Notes under the pieces: model-generated
Told to the model about the DNA's origin: nothing
Database searches by the model: none
What the model saw: the letters and a program-made list of their open reading frames with translations, nothing else
Source: Amoebophrya sp. A120
Lineage: Eukaryota; Protista; Dinoflagellata
Direction of reading: 5' to 3'
DNA: 64,000 nucleotides
NCBI GenBank assembly: GCA_905178155.1
Contig: CAJINV010000017.1
Location: 426,722 to 490,721, forward strand
Program-made: the position numbers and the translations under genes
In this document: positions 38,945 through 49,958 of the stretch, in pieces
How positions within the stretch are numbered: the first letter of the stretch is position 1
How the letters are laid out: each line of letters begins with the position of its first letter

Positions 38945-41900
38945 ATGGCCGCCTCCGCAGCAGCTACGGCCACTGCCAGCACCGTTCCGAGCATCGCCAA
39001 TGTCCGGTTTGATGTCTTCTGCCGGTTTCTGGAGAACCTGCACCGCTCGCGCAAGAAAAAGGACAAGCTCGAAACCCTCTGGGGCTTCCTCCGTCCGGTG
39101 TCCGATGGGGATCTGTGGCCGGGATTTCGCTTGATGTTCCCGCACGCCGACCGGCACCGGGGGAATTACGAAATGAAGGAGAATAAGCTGGGCAAGCTGG
39201 TCGCCGAGATTCTAAACGTCCCGGATCGGGAGAAAAAGCGGCTTTTGGGGTTCAAAGACGCGGGGCTGCAGGAGGGGTTTCGCTGTATACCAGGGGATTT
39301 CTCCTCGGTGTTGTTTTCCGTCGTGGAAATCCGAGCGAACTACGCCTCGGCGGGATTGACCGTCGGGGATGTGAACTTAGTGTTAGACCAATTATCGGTG
39401 GAGTACGAGGATATTGAGGACATAAGAGTTCCGGGGGGAGGACAAGCACAAGGGAAGGCTGCGAGTATCATCTCAGGCGAAGTCACGGAAGGAAAGAATG
39501 ACGCCACAACGTCGCCTCGCGGAGGAAAGAGTACCGCCGCCACAACCTCCGGGAGACCTCCAGCAACATCAGATGCTAGCGCCGAACTGCTTCAAGAGCT
39601 GCAGCGCGCGCGGCAGAACCCAGCGTTGTCCACCATCAGTGCCTCGCTCACCGCGAACATGAGCCGGAAGGTGAAGGAGATCAACACGAAGCAGGACAAA
39701 GCGTCGCATCGGGTGTTGCTCGCCGCCATCCGGCGGATGTCGCCGGTGGAGATGAAGTGGTTGGCGAGGTTCATTTTGAAGGATACGAAACTTGGATTCT
39801 CGGTGGAATCCGTGTTGTCAAAATTCCACAAGGACGCGATCTCTCTGTACCAAGAAATGGCGGATTTGAAGATGGTGCTGGACCGGCTCAGAGTGGGCGT
39901 AAACAACACGACGGAATCGTTCACTTCGTCCGTGAATTTTTTGTTCCAGAGGATTCAGCCCATGCTCGGTGGAAGACTAGGGATCGAGCACTGCGACAAG
40001 GTTCTCTTTGAAAAACCGAAGGAGCAAATCGCTGCTGCAATTGCGGCAGCCGCGGAGAAAGAGAAGGAGAAGGAAAAGAGCAAGCAGAATCTGAATAAAG
40101 ATGCGGCTAGCAATGAAGAACTTATCCAAGCAGAAAGCAGTGGAAAAAAAGAAGACCCACTCCAGGGCGCCCAGACCGAACACCCTCCCCAGCCAGGGTA
40201 CTTTGTGGAGACGAAGCTGGACGGCGAGCGCATGATTTGTCACATCGACAAGTCGCAGGGGATTCTCCAGTTCTTCACGCGCAACGGAAACGACTACACG
40301 CCGAGATACGGGCCGCAAATGAAGGAGACCATTTTGAGTTGCTTCGGCGGCGACCAGGGGATTTTGGACGGCGAAATGCTCGGTTTCGACGAGGCTTTGC
40401 AGTGCTTTCTCCCGTTCGGCACGAATCGGAACGTCAGCTTGGACCTGAGCGGCAAGACGCACTTGTGCTACATGATTTTCGACGTGTTGATGTTCAAAGG
40501 GAGAAGTCATGCTAATGCGAGTGCTTCATCCTCATCCAAGGATCCGCATCCTGCTTCTACCACCACGACAAACAAAATCTACGATTTCCGGTCGAATTCT
40601 CTGCAGCAGCGGAAGCAGGTCCTCCAGACCATCATCCGGCCGAAGCGCAACTGGGTGGAGCTGGTAGAACCCAGAGGGCCGTACTTCGACGCCAAGGAGG
40701 TCGAGGCGGAGCTGGAGCAGGCCGTGGAGCGGCGGGAAGAGGGCATCATGGTGAAGTCGATTCACAGTAAGTACCGGTTCAATTCCCGGAAGTCAGGCTG
40801 GTGGAAGCTGAAACCTGAGTACGGAAACAGGTACGCGGACCACCTGGATCTGGTCGTCATTGGCGGGTATTTTGCGGACACGGCTGGGAGGAGGCGGGGC
40901 GGAACGGAATTGGTGGACAACGTGTCGAAATTTTTGCTTGCAGTGAGGGTGCAGGGAGATGTTGACAATCCCGGGGGAGAGGATGACGAGGACAATCCTG
41001 AACAAGACGCAGAACAAATAGCGGATGATGGCAACGAAGAGTTGCAGGAGCTGCTTGCCGCCGGAAGGAGCGACGGAGAAAACAATAAAAGTCTACTTGT
41101 TCCGAATAGACTCGAGAAGCAAAATAACGCCTTGTCCTCTATGGAGCCGAAGCCGCGCGAGGTGGTTTGCTTCGCGAAGGTTGCGACCGGCTACAGCAAA
41201 GACGAGCTGGTGCAGATTTGCGACCTGATGCGCCCACATGTGACGCGGTACGAAGCTGCGAATCCGCCAAGTTGGTTGCAGTACAAATTTCCCGCGCACA
41301 CGAGGCCGGACGTTGTGTACAAGGATTTGAACGACTGCAACATTGTGTTTGAGATCGAAGCATCGGAGATCATGCGGTCCGTGGATTTCGAATTGGGGTA
41401 CACGATGCGGTTCCCAAGGTTCGTCTGCCTGCGGAACGACAAATCCTTCGGCGACTCCATGTCGTTCGAGGAACTGCAGCAGTTTCTGACCGCCGAAGCC
41501 GCGAACCAGAGATTTTCTCTAGCGACCGGGGCGAACCGAGGGAAGGGGGAGGAGGGGGAGGCAGGAACAACGGATGGGCAAAGTCGGAAAAGAACCAGGA
41601 CGACGACAGTGCGGGTAGCGAAGAAGCCGAAGATCGTCGGAAAAGTGGTGGCGCCGGCGGCCATGCCGATGGGCGATGTTGTGTCTGACCTCCAGGGATT
41701 GTCTTCACTGGCAACGAGCGGGGCGGCCGCTATTGGGGATGATGAGGACCCAGATACATCTTCAAAAACTGGCGCTGCAGCAGGAGGTCAAGCTACTCCA
41801 GCACACCTGGAAAAGAACTATCCGCACCACATTTTCAGAAAACTACCTGGCACAACAACTTCTTCCTCAAGCCCCGAATCTATCCCCCAACCCGGCGACG

Positions 41901-42634
41901 TTTACCGCCAGCTGTTGCCCTTCGTCTGGCAGCGGCAGATGCAGTTTGAGAAGGACAACCCTACGATAGTTTCTGATCTCTTCAAAGACACAGAAATCTG
42001 CGTTTTGAATCGGGTGACGAAAAGCACTCTGAGCCGACACTTTCCCACCGCCGAACAGCAGCTCCTCGACCATTTACTCCGAAAACACGGCGCGAAAGTT
42101 GTGGCGCAGTTTTCGAAAAATAGAACCGATTTTGTCCTCGCGGGAGAAATCGATCTGCGGGTGCGAAACCATTTCCGCATGCACTACGAGCAGGACGTGT
42201 TGCATGTTTTGTATGTGCTAGAGGCACTGATGTGGTGGTATGGGCGGAAGGAGAAAAATGAAAGCAAGCTGTTGTCAACGGCTGCTTTTTCGTCCACCGC
42301 TGCGGGCGCAACTACCTCCACGAATGGACAACAAGCAGAAGAACAGGCACAGGAAAAAAATCAAGTTCTGCAAGTCTTCCCTCCACGAAAGCGACATTAC
42401 TTGTTGACGAGCGACAGCACGAAGAGCAAATTAGCCACGGCGTTCGACCAATTTGGCGACAGCTTCACGACGGAGATGACGAGGCTCGATTGGGACCAAA
42501 TCGTGGTGGATACCACGACAAGCAGTACGGTGAGCGGCGGAGGAGCTCCAGATAGCAATGAGAATCACAACGCGCCCACTAGAGAGTATTCTGATCAGGA
42601 ACTTGAAAAAACGATCGCAGAGCTCATGGCATGA
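38945..42634 (+). CDS. LIG4: DNA ligase IV
   Basis: Ligase motifs ETKLDGER, ILDGEM, YMIFDVL, EGIMVK, WWKLKPEY, LDLVVIGGY, MRFPRF; N-terminal DNA-binding domain; BRCT (LFKDTEICV...KHGAKVV) followed by FDQFGDSF, resembling the XRCC4-interacting region. Intronless. Confidence 0.92.
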   Translation: MAASAAATATASTVPSIANVRFDVFCRFLENLHRSRKKKDKLETLWGFLRPVSDGDLWPGFRLMFPHADRHRGNYEMKENKLGKLVAEILNVPDREKKRLLGFKDAGLQEGFRCIPGDFSSVLFSVVEIRANYASAGLTVGDVNLVLDQLSVEYEDIEDIRVPGGGQAQGKAASIISGEVTEGKNDATTSPRGGKSTAATTSGRPPATSDASAELLQELQRARQNPALSTISASLTANMSRKVKEINTKQDKASHRVLLAAIRRMSPVEMKWLARFILKDTKLGFSVESVLSKFHKDAISLYQEMADLKMVLDRLRVGVNNTTESFTSSVNFLFQRIQPMLGGRLGIEHCDKVLFEKPKEQIAAAIAAAAEKEKEKEKSKQNLNKDAASNEELIQAESSGKKEDPLQGAQTEHPPQPGYFVETKLDGERMICHIDKSQGILQFFTRNGNDYTPRYGPQMKETILSCFGGDQGILDGEMLGFDEALQCFLPFGTNRNVSLDLSGKTHLCYMIFDVLMFKGRSHANASASSSSKDPHPASTTTTNKIYDFRSNSLQQRKQVLQTIIRPKRNWVELVEPRGPYFDAKEVEAELEQAVERREEGIMVKSIHSKYRFNSRKSGWWKLKPEYGNRYADHLDLVVIGGYFADTAGRRRGGTELVDNVSKFLLAVRVQGDVDNPGGEDDEDNPEQDAEQIADDGNEELQELLAAGRSDGENNKSLLVPNRLEKQNNALSSMEPKPREVVCFAKVATGYSKDELVQICDLMRPHVTRYEAANPPSWLQYKFPAHTRPDVVYKDLNDCNIVFEIEASEIMRSVDFELGYTMRFPRFVCLRNDKSFGDSMSFEELQQFLTAEAANQRFSLATGANRGKGEEGEAGTTDGQSRKRTRTTTVRVAKKPKIVGKVVAPAAMPMGDVVSDLQGLSSLATSGAAAIGDDEDPDTSSKTGAAAGGQATPAHLEKNYPHHIFRKLPGTTTSSSSPESIPQPGDVYRQLLPFVWQRQMQFEKDNPTIVSDLFKDTEICVLNRVTKSTLSRHFPTAEQQLLDHLLRKHGAKVVAQFSKNRTDFVLAGEIDLRVRNHFRMHYEQDVLHVLYVLEALMWWYGRKEKNESKLLSTAAFSSTAAGATTSTNGQQAEEQAQEKNQVLQVFPPRKRHYLLTSDSTKSKLATAFDQFGDSFTTEMTRLDWDQIVVDTTTSSTVSGGGAPDSNENHNAPTREYSDQELEKTIAELMA

Positions 42635-42944
42635 CCAGCGCCAGCGGGGACTGTCAGCATAAACAATCAGTGAAGAAGTGACGAGATGCAGCAAGCCGCA
42701 AAGCTTTGCAAATTTGGCTGTGTTCCTCGTAGTGCGCTGTTGTACGGTCTTGCTCTTGTCGTACTCGAGTGTAGTACCTGCTACATGAACCTTTTCCAGA
42801 ATCGCAGTAAGGAGACGCGGCGCGGCCAACCGTCGCGCTACCTTTTCTTTTTACAGATTGCGTTTGCTCCATTACCTTTACCTTTCCCATTGTGATCATC
42901 ATGTTGTTCTTCTTCTTTTCATTCTGTCGTAAGTGCATCAGACC

Positions 42945-45900
42945 ATGACCAGCGTTTCGCGTGCGATCGAGGTAAAATCGCCGCACGCGTTGCAGCAACC
43001 ACTACTGCCTGGGGGACTAGCAGAAAAACTACCGTCAGCGCCCAAGCCTTCGTTCTCCCCATGGCCCTCGTCGACGAATATCACCCGTTTTCGCCGCGCT
43101 TGGGCCAAAACCAACCCGAACGATGCGTACGCTATCGTGTTTGGTCTTTCCATCGGGCTCCCGACGATCTGCAGTTACGCCGCCGTGCAAGCGGCGGCTG
43201 CGGAATTCCCGCCGCTGACCGGGCCGGTAGCGAATCAGGCGGTGCTGTCCAGTTTCGTGGTTTCTATCTTCTTCGTGTGCTTCTCCCGGTTCCAAACTTG
43301 CGGCAACGTCGATACCATATCCGCAGTCCTCCTCGGCCGCATGGCGAGAGACAGCGTCAAGGAGCTTGCGGAGAAGTTTCACAAACCGGTGACAGATGTG
43401 GTCGATCACGTGCTGTTTCTGAACGTGTTCGCCTCGGTGGTATTTTCCACCGTTTTGCTGTACTTAGGGAAAAAAAAAATCGCGATTTTGATGCGGTTCC
43501 TACCCTACTCAGTGCTCGCGGGGTTTATCGGCGGCACAGGATTGCTGATAGTGCAGTCCGGTGTGGAATTAGTCCTCGGCTTTCCGCTGCGGGACTTGCT
43601 GGCTTTAGCCGTGGGGGTATTCCAGACGAGTATGGAAACGGATGAACTGAGGGACGGAGATAGTAGCAGCAACAGCCGGAGCAGGAATAATTTTAGCCTC
43701 TTGGACGTTGGACGCAGAATGGTGTTTGCAGATGAATTCGAGCAAGATGTGTATCTCCAGGAAAAATCACACCCGGCTCCTCCATCCCCTGTCGAAATCA
43801 CCACCAACACGATTCTTCTTTCCCTCCTCACGATCCTCTACGTTTTCCTCTCGCTCTTTTGGAAAAGGTATCACCGGCTTGGTGCGATCTTCACCTTCCT
43901 GCTCTTCGTGGTTTTGTCGGAGGTTTTTCGCACCTGGCTGCCGGGAATCGGGTATCCGAACGCGGACTGGTATCTGGATCTACACGCCGGACAGGAAGAA
44001 CCAATAGCGGAGGGATCTGAGGCTGAAACTACTGCAGGTGAAAGTCATAATCACCCACAATCAAGCACTTCGACAGTCTTCCTCTGGTTCGAGTTTCTGT
44101 ACCTCCACGGTTATTTGACCTCTTTCTCCAACATGTTCGAGCTCCGGCACGTATTGCCAAACCCACAGTCCCTGCTCTCCTACGTCGCGATCATGGTTTT
44201 GAACTGGATGCTGCAAGTCGCCGCGTGTAAGCGTCTCGTTATTGCGAAGGACAGAACCCTGGCGGAAAAGTTCGGGTTGAGTGCGGACACGGCGGCGGTG
44301 GGGCAGAAGATCTTCGGAACTAAAACTGCCGCGCTTTTCGAGGATGCGGAAGAAGATTTCATTTCGCGATCGATTTCCCGGAATCGGAGCAGACGGAACA
44401 GCCGCGACGTTGGAATCGCGAGGCTCTCAAGTCCAGCCGTGCAGTTAACACCGCGACTGAACTACCCCGCGGGCGGGGCCGCGGGAGGCGGAAACAGCAG
44501 CAACAGTGCGAAAAAGCAGCAGATGGTCGCACAACACCGTGGCCAACACTCCTACCCGCCTGGTCGGCCGCCCTTCGCGACAGCGCCTGGTGGTGGAGCT
44601 TTCTCGCCGCAGTTGGCAAATTTGTCACGCACGGTGTCCCGGGAAACGTCCAAAACTAGGCCGTCAGGGATAAATTATGCAAACGTAAACCCGGTGACAA
44701 ACCTGAACATGAACAATTTAATTCCCCCTCACGCCGCGTCCAGCTTGACCACGCCTGAGCTGTCGATGAACAACGGCAACCTAGTTTCTGCAACCTCCAC
44801 CCCCCGGGAGCTGAGCCACGAGATTGACTCGACCTATACCGCCACGCCAAGGGATATTGTTGGGGAGAACGGTTCTTTTGGCGTCACAACCGGCGTTGTA
44901 AGCAACAAGATGGACGATGCGACAGTAGAGAGTCATTTGGCGAGGACTGTGACGCATTCCCCGATGAAAAACAATACTAACGACAGCTGCAACGGTGCCG
45001 ACGCACCGTTTTCGCCGATCAACGAGGACCGCGAAACCGCAACGCTAGGTTTTGTCAACGCCGTCGCGTCCCTGTTGTTCTCCTCCCTCGGGTCCTGTCA
45101 GAGCCTGCAGATTGCGCTCCCGATGCAGGAATTACTGAGGGCATCTTCGACGGCTGGAGAAGACGGGTCTTCTACTGCTGAGACGAAGGCGAAAAGGCGC
45201 CCGACAACTGCAAGCACCGCTACAATAGCACTCGCCGCGACAGAAAAGGAAAGCCAAAACATCGCTACAACAGCAAGCAACGAGAACCACAGCGATTCTA
45301 GTTCATCGTCAGCCCAGCCTGAAAACACCTCCAACTGGCCCTGGCTGTGCATCCTCGTGTACGCGCTTGCGTTTTACTTCAGTCCGGCGTTTTTCGTGAA
45401 ATTTCTTCCCAAATTTGTTCTCGCAGGGCTGGTGATTCTAGTGGCCGTGGATCTCATCACCGATTCGCTGATTCAATCCCGGGAGAGGATCGCCAACAAT
45501 GAGTGGCTGGTGTTACTCTTAACCGCCCTCTTCATGAGTTACGACATCGCGGTCGGGGTCCCGCTCGGTCTTGTCTTCTCGCTCATTCTCTTCGTCTTCG
45601 AATATTCCCAGATGACCGGGATTTACTGCGAATCGGACCTTGCGGACGCCAGATCCTGTGTCGAGTACACGGAGCACGAGAAACTGATTTTGTGGAAAAA
45701 TCGCGACCGAGTGCAGGTTCTCTTTCTGCATGGATATCTGTTTTTCGGCTCCGCGACGGTGGTAGTGGAAAGAGTTAGGGCGAAAGTAAGGGAAAGAGAA
45801 CAAAGTACGAGGATAGTAGAGACATCGAACGAACTCGACCAAATGCTGAACCATGACCCAACAAATTCAGCTTCGACCGGAGACGGAATCTACGACAGAA

Positions 45901-47534
45901 GTAGTCCGAAGAGAATTAAAACGGAAAAATCGAGGACTAGTGCCATCAAGAAAACCATCATAATCCTGGATTTCAGCTCCGTGCCGGCCATGGATGCGAA
46001 CGGGGTCTTCGCCATCGCGGAGCTCGCAAGAGAACCTCATGTGCAGTTGGTGGTTTGCGGGCTGGTGCGACGCCTGAAAAACGCCTTGCAGAACGCCGAT
46101 TTTGGATTCAACGAAAACAAGAAGGACTTTGGCTATCTGGTCTTCGAGAAAGACCTAGATCACGCACTCGAAAACCAGGAAAAGCTGATTCTGTTGGAGT
46201 CGCGGAAAAAACTAAAGCAGGCGGCTCGATTGGAATTAGATTTGAAGAGTAGTGTTTTTGAACCGAAAGTTTTGGTTCCACTGTTGCAGAAAGACCTGAC
46301 AACGCACGCGCGTTTAGGTGGTGTTGGCACCGCTGAGGACAAGCGCACCGGCATCGAAAGCGAAGACGTGACAACTACAGCAGCTGCAAAAAGTGCGTCT
46401 TTCTTGCTGCCAATCCTGGGTCCAGCCGCCCTGGACTCAGGAGCGAGCGGCCGCACCAAAAAGCTTTTAGTGGGCGGGAAGAGCAAGGGACTGCCAGATG
46501 TTCAGGACTTACTCCAGCCCTTGTTCGAGTACGAGGCGATCAGTCTAACGGAACAACACATTATACAGACTCCGTCTGTATCCGTTTCTCCGACGTTTTA
46601 CCTGACCAACAAAGTTTTAGCGGTTGAGACAGCGCGGTACATATGGAGACAAGTTCTGCAAGCCGACTTCCACCTTTTTCCCAGCGCACTGCAGGACGGG
46701 GGGAATTCTTCTTCGAAAGAAACGATGAATGTGAAGAGAGTCGGCGTCTCAACGTCGCCCTTGAAGCACACAGGAGCTCCTGTGCCTACAGTTCCTTCTT
46801 CCACAATTTCCTCGGATGACGACGAAATTCTCGAGTTGCTCGCGGCCCGCTCCTTCCTGCGTGTCTTCGAGAAAGACAGCAGCATTTACCTTGCGGGCGA
46901 CCCGGCGAGTGAGCTCCTTATACTGCTAGACGGTTACGTCGAGCACTTTTCATCTGAGTTGGACACAGAGAATTTGAATTTAGTTCCCGCTCCAGGAGGT
47001 CCTCTCACTGGGACAGCGGCGGATCGGACGAAAGTAAGGAATGTGCTGCTCCCGCGGTATCACTTGAATGAAAAGAAGGGTGATTTGTTCGCATTTGAAG
47101 AGAACCCGGCGAGGCTGCGGGTGACGAAGAACGGTTGGGTGCTAGGAGTGCAGGAGTACTTGACGCATACTTTTTCGACTTGTTTCAGTGCTTTCGCGGT
47201 TCCAGATGCGAAAGCATCATCCTCGATCATGGGTTTCAAGACACAGATGGCGGGGGAGGTGGGGGCCCCACCTTCCCCGCCAGCGATACAAGCGCAGGCA
47301 GTGTTTCTTCCCGACAATTTCTCAGTCAGTCGACGCCTTGATTCCGCTTATGTTTCCAGCACAGCACTGTCCACATCTTCCAGCGCCGGTCATCGAAAAA
47401 ATTACGGTGCCGTGTTTCTAAGTATTCAATTTAAAGACTTGTTCATTCTGGAGCGGAGTCACGTGCGGTTAGGAGCGGTTTTGAGAAGTTGGCTGACAAG
47501 AAACCTGATGCACTTGCTGGCAAGAGCAGGGTAA
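42945..47534 (+). CDS. SulP/SLC26-family anion transporter with STAS and cyclic-nucleotide-binding domains
   Basis: LMRFLPYSVLAGFIGGTG, multiple TM helices, FLPKFVLAGL, LHGYLFFGSA, IILDFSSVPAMDANG (STAS), IYLAGDPASELLILLDGYV (cNMP-like). Intronless. Confidence 0.88.
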   Translation: MTSVSRAIEVKSPHALQQPLLPGGLAEKLPSAPKPSFSPWPSSTNITRFRRAWAKTNPNDAYAIVFGLSIGLPTICSYAAVQAAAAEFPPLTGPVANQAVLSSFVVSIFFVCFSRFQTCGNVDTISAVLLGRMARDSVKELAEKFHKPVTDVVDHVLFLNVFASVVFSTVLLYLGKKKIAILMRFLPYSVLAGFIGGTGLLIVQSGVELVLGFPLRDLLALAVGVFQTSMETDELRDGDSSSNSRSRNNFSLLDVGRRMVFADEFEQDVYLQEKSHPAPPSPVEITTNTILLSLLTILYVFLSLFWKRYHRLGAIFTFLLFVVLSEVFRTWLPGIGYPNADWYLDLHAGQEEPIAEGSEAETTAGESHNHPQSSTSTVFLWFEFLYLHGYLTSFSNMFELRHVLPNPQSLLSYVAIMVLNWMLQVAACKRLVIAKDRTLAEKFGLSADTAAVGQKIFGTKTAALFEDAEEDFISRSISRNRSRRNSRDVGIARLSSPAVQLTPRLNYPAGGAAGGGNSSNSAKKQQMVAQHRGQHSYPPGRPPFATAPGGGAFSPQLANLSRTVSRETSKTRPSGINYANVNPVTNLNMNNLIPPHAASSLTTPELSMNNGNLVSATSTPRELSHEIDSTYTATPRDIVGENGSFGVTTGVVSNKMDDATVESHLARTVTHSPMKNNTNDSCNGADAPFSPINEDRETATLGFVNAVASLLFSSLGSCQSLQIALPMQELLRASSTAGEDGSSTAETKAKRRPTTASTATIALAATEKESQNIATTASNENHSDSSSSSAQPENTSNWPWLCILVYALAFYFSPAFFVKFLPKFVLAGLVILVAVDLITDSLIQSRERIANNEWLVLLLTALFMSYDIAVGVPLGLVFSLILFVFEYSQMTGIYCESDLADARSCVEYTEHEKLILWKNRDRVQVLFLHGYLFFGSATVVVERVRAKVREREQSTRIVETSNELDQMLNHDPTNSASTGDGIYDRSSPKRIKTEKSRTSAIKKTIIILDFSSVPAMDANGVFAIAELAREPHVQLVVCGLVRRLKNALQNADFGFNENKKDFGYLVFEKDLDHALENQEKLILLESRKKLKQAARLELDLKSSVFEPKVLVPLLQKDLTTHARLGGVGTAEDKRTGIESEDVTTTAAAKSASFLLPILGPAALDSGASGRTKKLLVGGKSKGLPDVQDLLQPLFEYEAISLTEQHIIQTPSVSVSPTFYLTNKVLAVETARYIWRQVLQADFHLFPSALQDGGNSSSKETMNVKRVGVSTSPLKHTGAPVPTVPSSTISSDDDEILELLAARSFLRVFEKDSSIYLAGDPASELLILLDGYVEHFSSELDTENLNLVPAPGGPLTGTAADRTKVRNVLLPRYHLNEKKGDLFAFEENPARLRVTKNGWVLGVQEYLTHTFSTCFSAFAVPDAKASSSIMGFKTQMAGEVGAPPSPPAIQAQAVFLPDNFSVSRRLDSAYVSSTALSTSSSAGHRKNYGAVFLSIQFKDLFILERSHVRLGAVLRSWLTRNLMHLLARAG

Positions 47535-48521
47535 ACATAGTATTTCCCTTTGAGTTTGACGTGACCGTGCCGATGCGGTGCAAATACTTTTCTGCTTCTT
47601 GGGTTAAAGAGAAGGCGCAGAAGCCGTTCCGGGAGCTGTTTTTGACTTTTCAGAGCAGTACTGATGAACGTGATGTAAAATTTTGAAGAAGAACACCGCT
47701 GGGTAGAACTAGAAGTACTTCGTTCTGGATGAATAAAGAACATAGCATAGTGCACTGATCATTTACATGATGGAGGTGGAAGACAATAAAGACAAACACA
47801 CTCACGAAATGCATCCCCTCGACAACGACTATGTGATCCTCAGTTGTCGCAGTTTTGACCGCCTACGAAGACGTTTACGAAGTCAGCAGAGGCAAAGCAG
47901 TATGCAAACTCGTCCATCGTGCCCCTCTGCCTGACTTCATATCTTCAGAAATGGTTCGTCCGAAAAGCCTCCCTCGGTCTTTGTAAAATAGTGGCACGAT
48001 CACAGGGATATGGATAAAGCAGACACTTCAGAAAGCACAAGCAGGAATACGCAATCGATGTGGTCAGAATTTAATCTGACCCTGAAGTACACGCACACCA
48101 TAAGCGAAGATCCTCAAGATGTTGTTGAATGGACGAAATCAATAACAGAAATGCAAGTGGCTCCTGATCATCATCCGTGAACGTTGTGACAACTCAAAAT
48201 TGAAGTCTCAGCTAAAAGATCAAATGGAGAGACCGTGTGTGCCTCGAACAAGCACTTCAATGAAATGCGTGACAGATCTCGGCGTTCTTGATCCGCAGTC
48301 TGTGATCCTCTTTCATCTTCACACGCAACTTGCCACTCAGGACCTCATTTTCTTCATGTAGAGCTACCCATGTTCATCTTCTTCTTTTAGAAATAGCGTT
48401 TTTCCAGAACGCCTATAGTAATCGCGACACATCAGACTACACTCCTTACAACTCGTTACCCTTTTCTTTTGAATAGTGAACCGCCTAATTTTACGCCCAC
48501 CCACCCAAGCCCACGATCAAA

Positions 48522-49394
48522 ATGGTGACCGACGCTGCCCTGAAGACGTACGCCAAGACCGGCAACTGCATTCCCTGCGAAGATGAATGCATCCTGGCCG
48601 AGGATGTATCCATGTCCCCCAAACTGCAATCGGCCCAACTGACCCCTCCCGCGTCCTGGACAGACAACGCTATCGAGCCGTTCCTCTTGGCGGGTAACTC
48701 CATCGGCTACGCGACGGACACCATTTGGGGCATCGGGTGTATCGCGGACGACGCCGAAGTTGTGAAGTCCTGCCTGGCAAAGAAGGGCGAGAACCGAGCG
48801 CCGGTCTGCTCGGCGTTGTTTCCCGATCTGGAGGAAATGAAGAAATGGACGCTTTTTGACCAACTCCCGGAACAAGCGAAGCTCGCGGTGGAGAGTTGCT
48901 TGCCCGGCCCGTACACGTTTGCGCTGCCGGTTCTTTCTGGTGCGACGCCTGGTGGTGACGCTTACGGCGCGAGGTCCTTGCTGCACATCGCGGGCGAGGG
49001 CCCGACGGTAGGCTGCAGGGTCATTCCGGGGAAGGAGGCGATGAAGCAGGTTTTGAAGAAAATGGGCAAGCCTTTGATCACGACTTCTCTGAACTTAACC
49101 GGAGAGAGATCGGCAACGACTGAGGCGGAAGCGAAAGTTGTTTGCGAGAAGATGGGGATCGCCTGCATCAAGGATGACACTACTACTACCGCCTCTCAGT
49201 CGGCAGAGCCGGAGGCGAAGCGACAAAAGATCATGGAGAATGCGGTGGCTCCAGCTTCCGGCAAGGGGTCCACGGTTTTGAAATGGGATTTTCAGAAGGC
49301 GAAGTTCGTCGTGATCCGCATGGGATCGGGTGCGATCACGGAAGAAATCGAGAATGCCGGCGTTGAGCTCCCGGCGGAAAAGGGAGGGGCGTAA
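48522..49394 (+). CDS. YRDC: Threonylcarbamoyl-AMP synthase (Sua5/YrdC/TsaC family)
   Basis: YATDTIWGIGC, KKG..R, LPGPYT, VGCRV, PLITTSLNLTGE, GSTV...IRMG motifs. Confidence 0.88.
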   Translation: MVTDAALKTYAKTGNCIPCEDECILAEDVSMSPKLQSAQLTPPASWTDNAIEPFLLAGNSIGYATDTIWGIGCIADDAEVVKSCLAKKGENRAPVCSALFPDLEEMKKWTLFDQLPEQAKLAVESCLPGPYTFALPVLSGATPGGDAYGARSLLHIAGEGPTVGCRVIPGKEAMKQVLKKMGKPLITTSLNLTGERSATTEAEAKVVCEKMGIACIKDDTTTTASQSAEPEAKRQKIMENAVAPASGKGSTVLKWDFQKAKFVVIRMGSGAITEEIENAGVELPAEKGGA

Positions 49395-49958
49395 CTTAAG
49401 TACTTCCCTTACTAAGGGCTAGAGTCCTGAAGAAGAGCAGCTTCGTTGGAACAAGTCTTCATGGGAGCTAGCGTAAAGAGAAAATGGAAATGGACACTCA
49501 GCTACACAATCTCACGTTCGAATATATCAACGCGCTGATCTTCATCAGAGAAAGTTCACACCCAACAGAAAGTATCGCTGAGGTTCTTTTTTATCCGGAC
49601 CGCTCTGCTCCTCGTGTCGCTTCTCTACTACGCAAAGGCACCATTATTCTCCACGCACAAGAACTAGAGACTTGACTGACGCATCATTCATGTACCCAAA
49701 AAACGAATCTCTATCGCACAAAGACAAAAACAACGACCATAACTGCTTCACGCGGAGCCTCCAAAGTCGCTTGAAAAAATGTTCCTTTATGTGATTCTGC
49801 TTCACAGACATGCGCCTCGTCGATCTCGACGTCATTTCATCGTCTGTATCTTCTTCGTGTTTTGTGGTTCTAATTTTCGACTTCTTGCCTCTCGTCTTTC
49901 TCTTTTACAGTTCTTCACTTTATCGTCTGTGTATCTATCAAAAGGAACAAAGCCAAAG

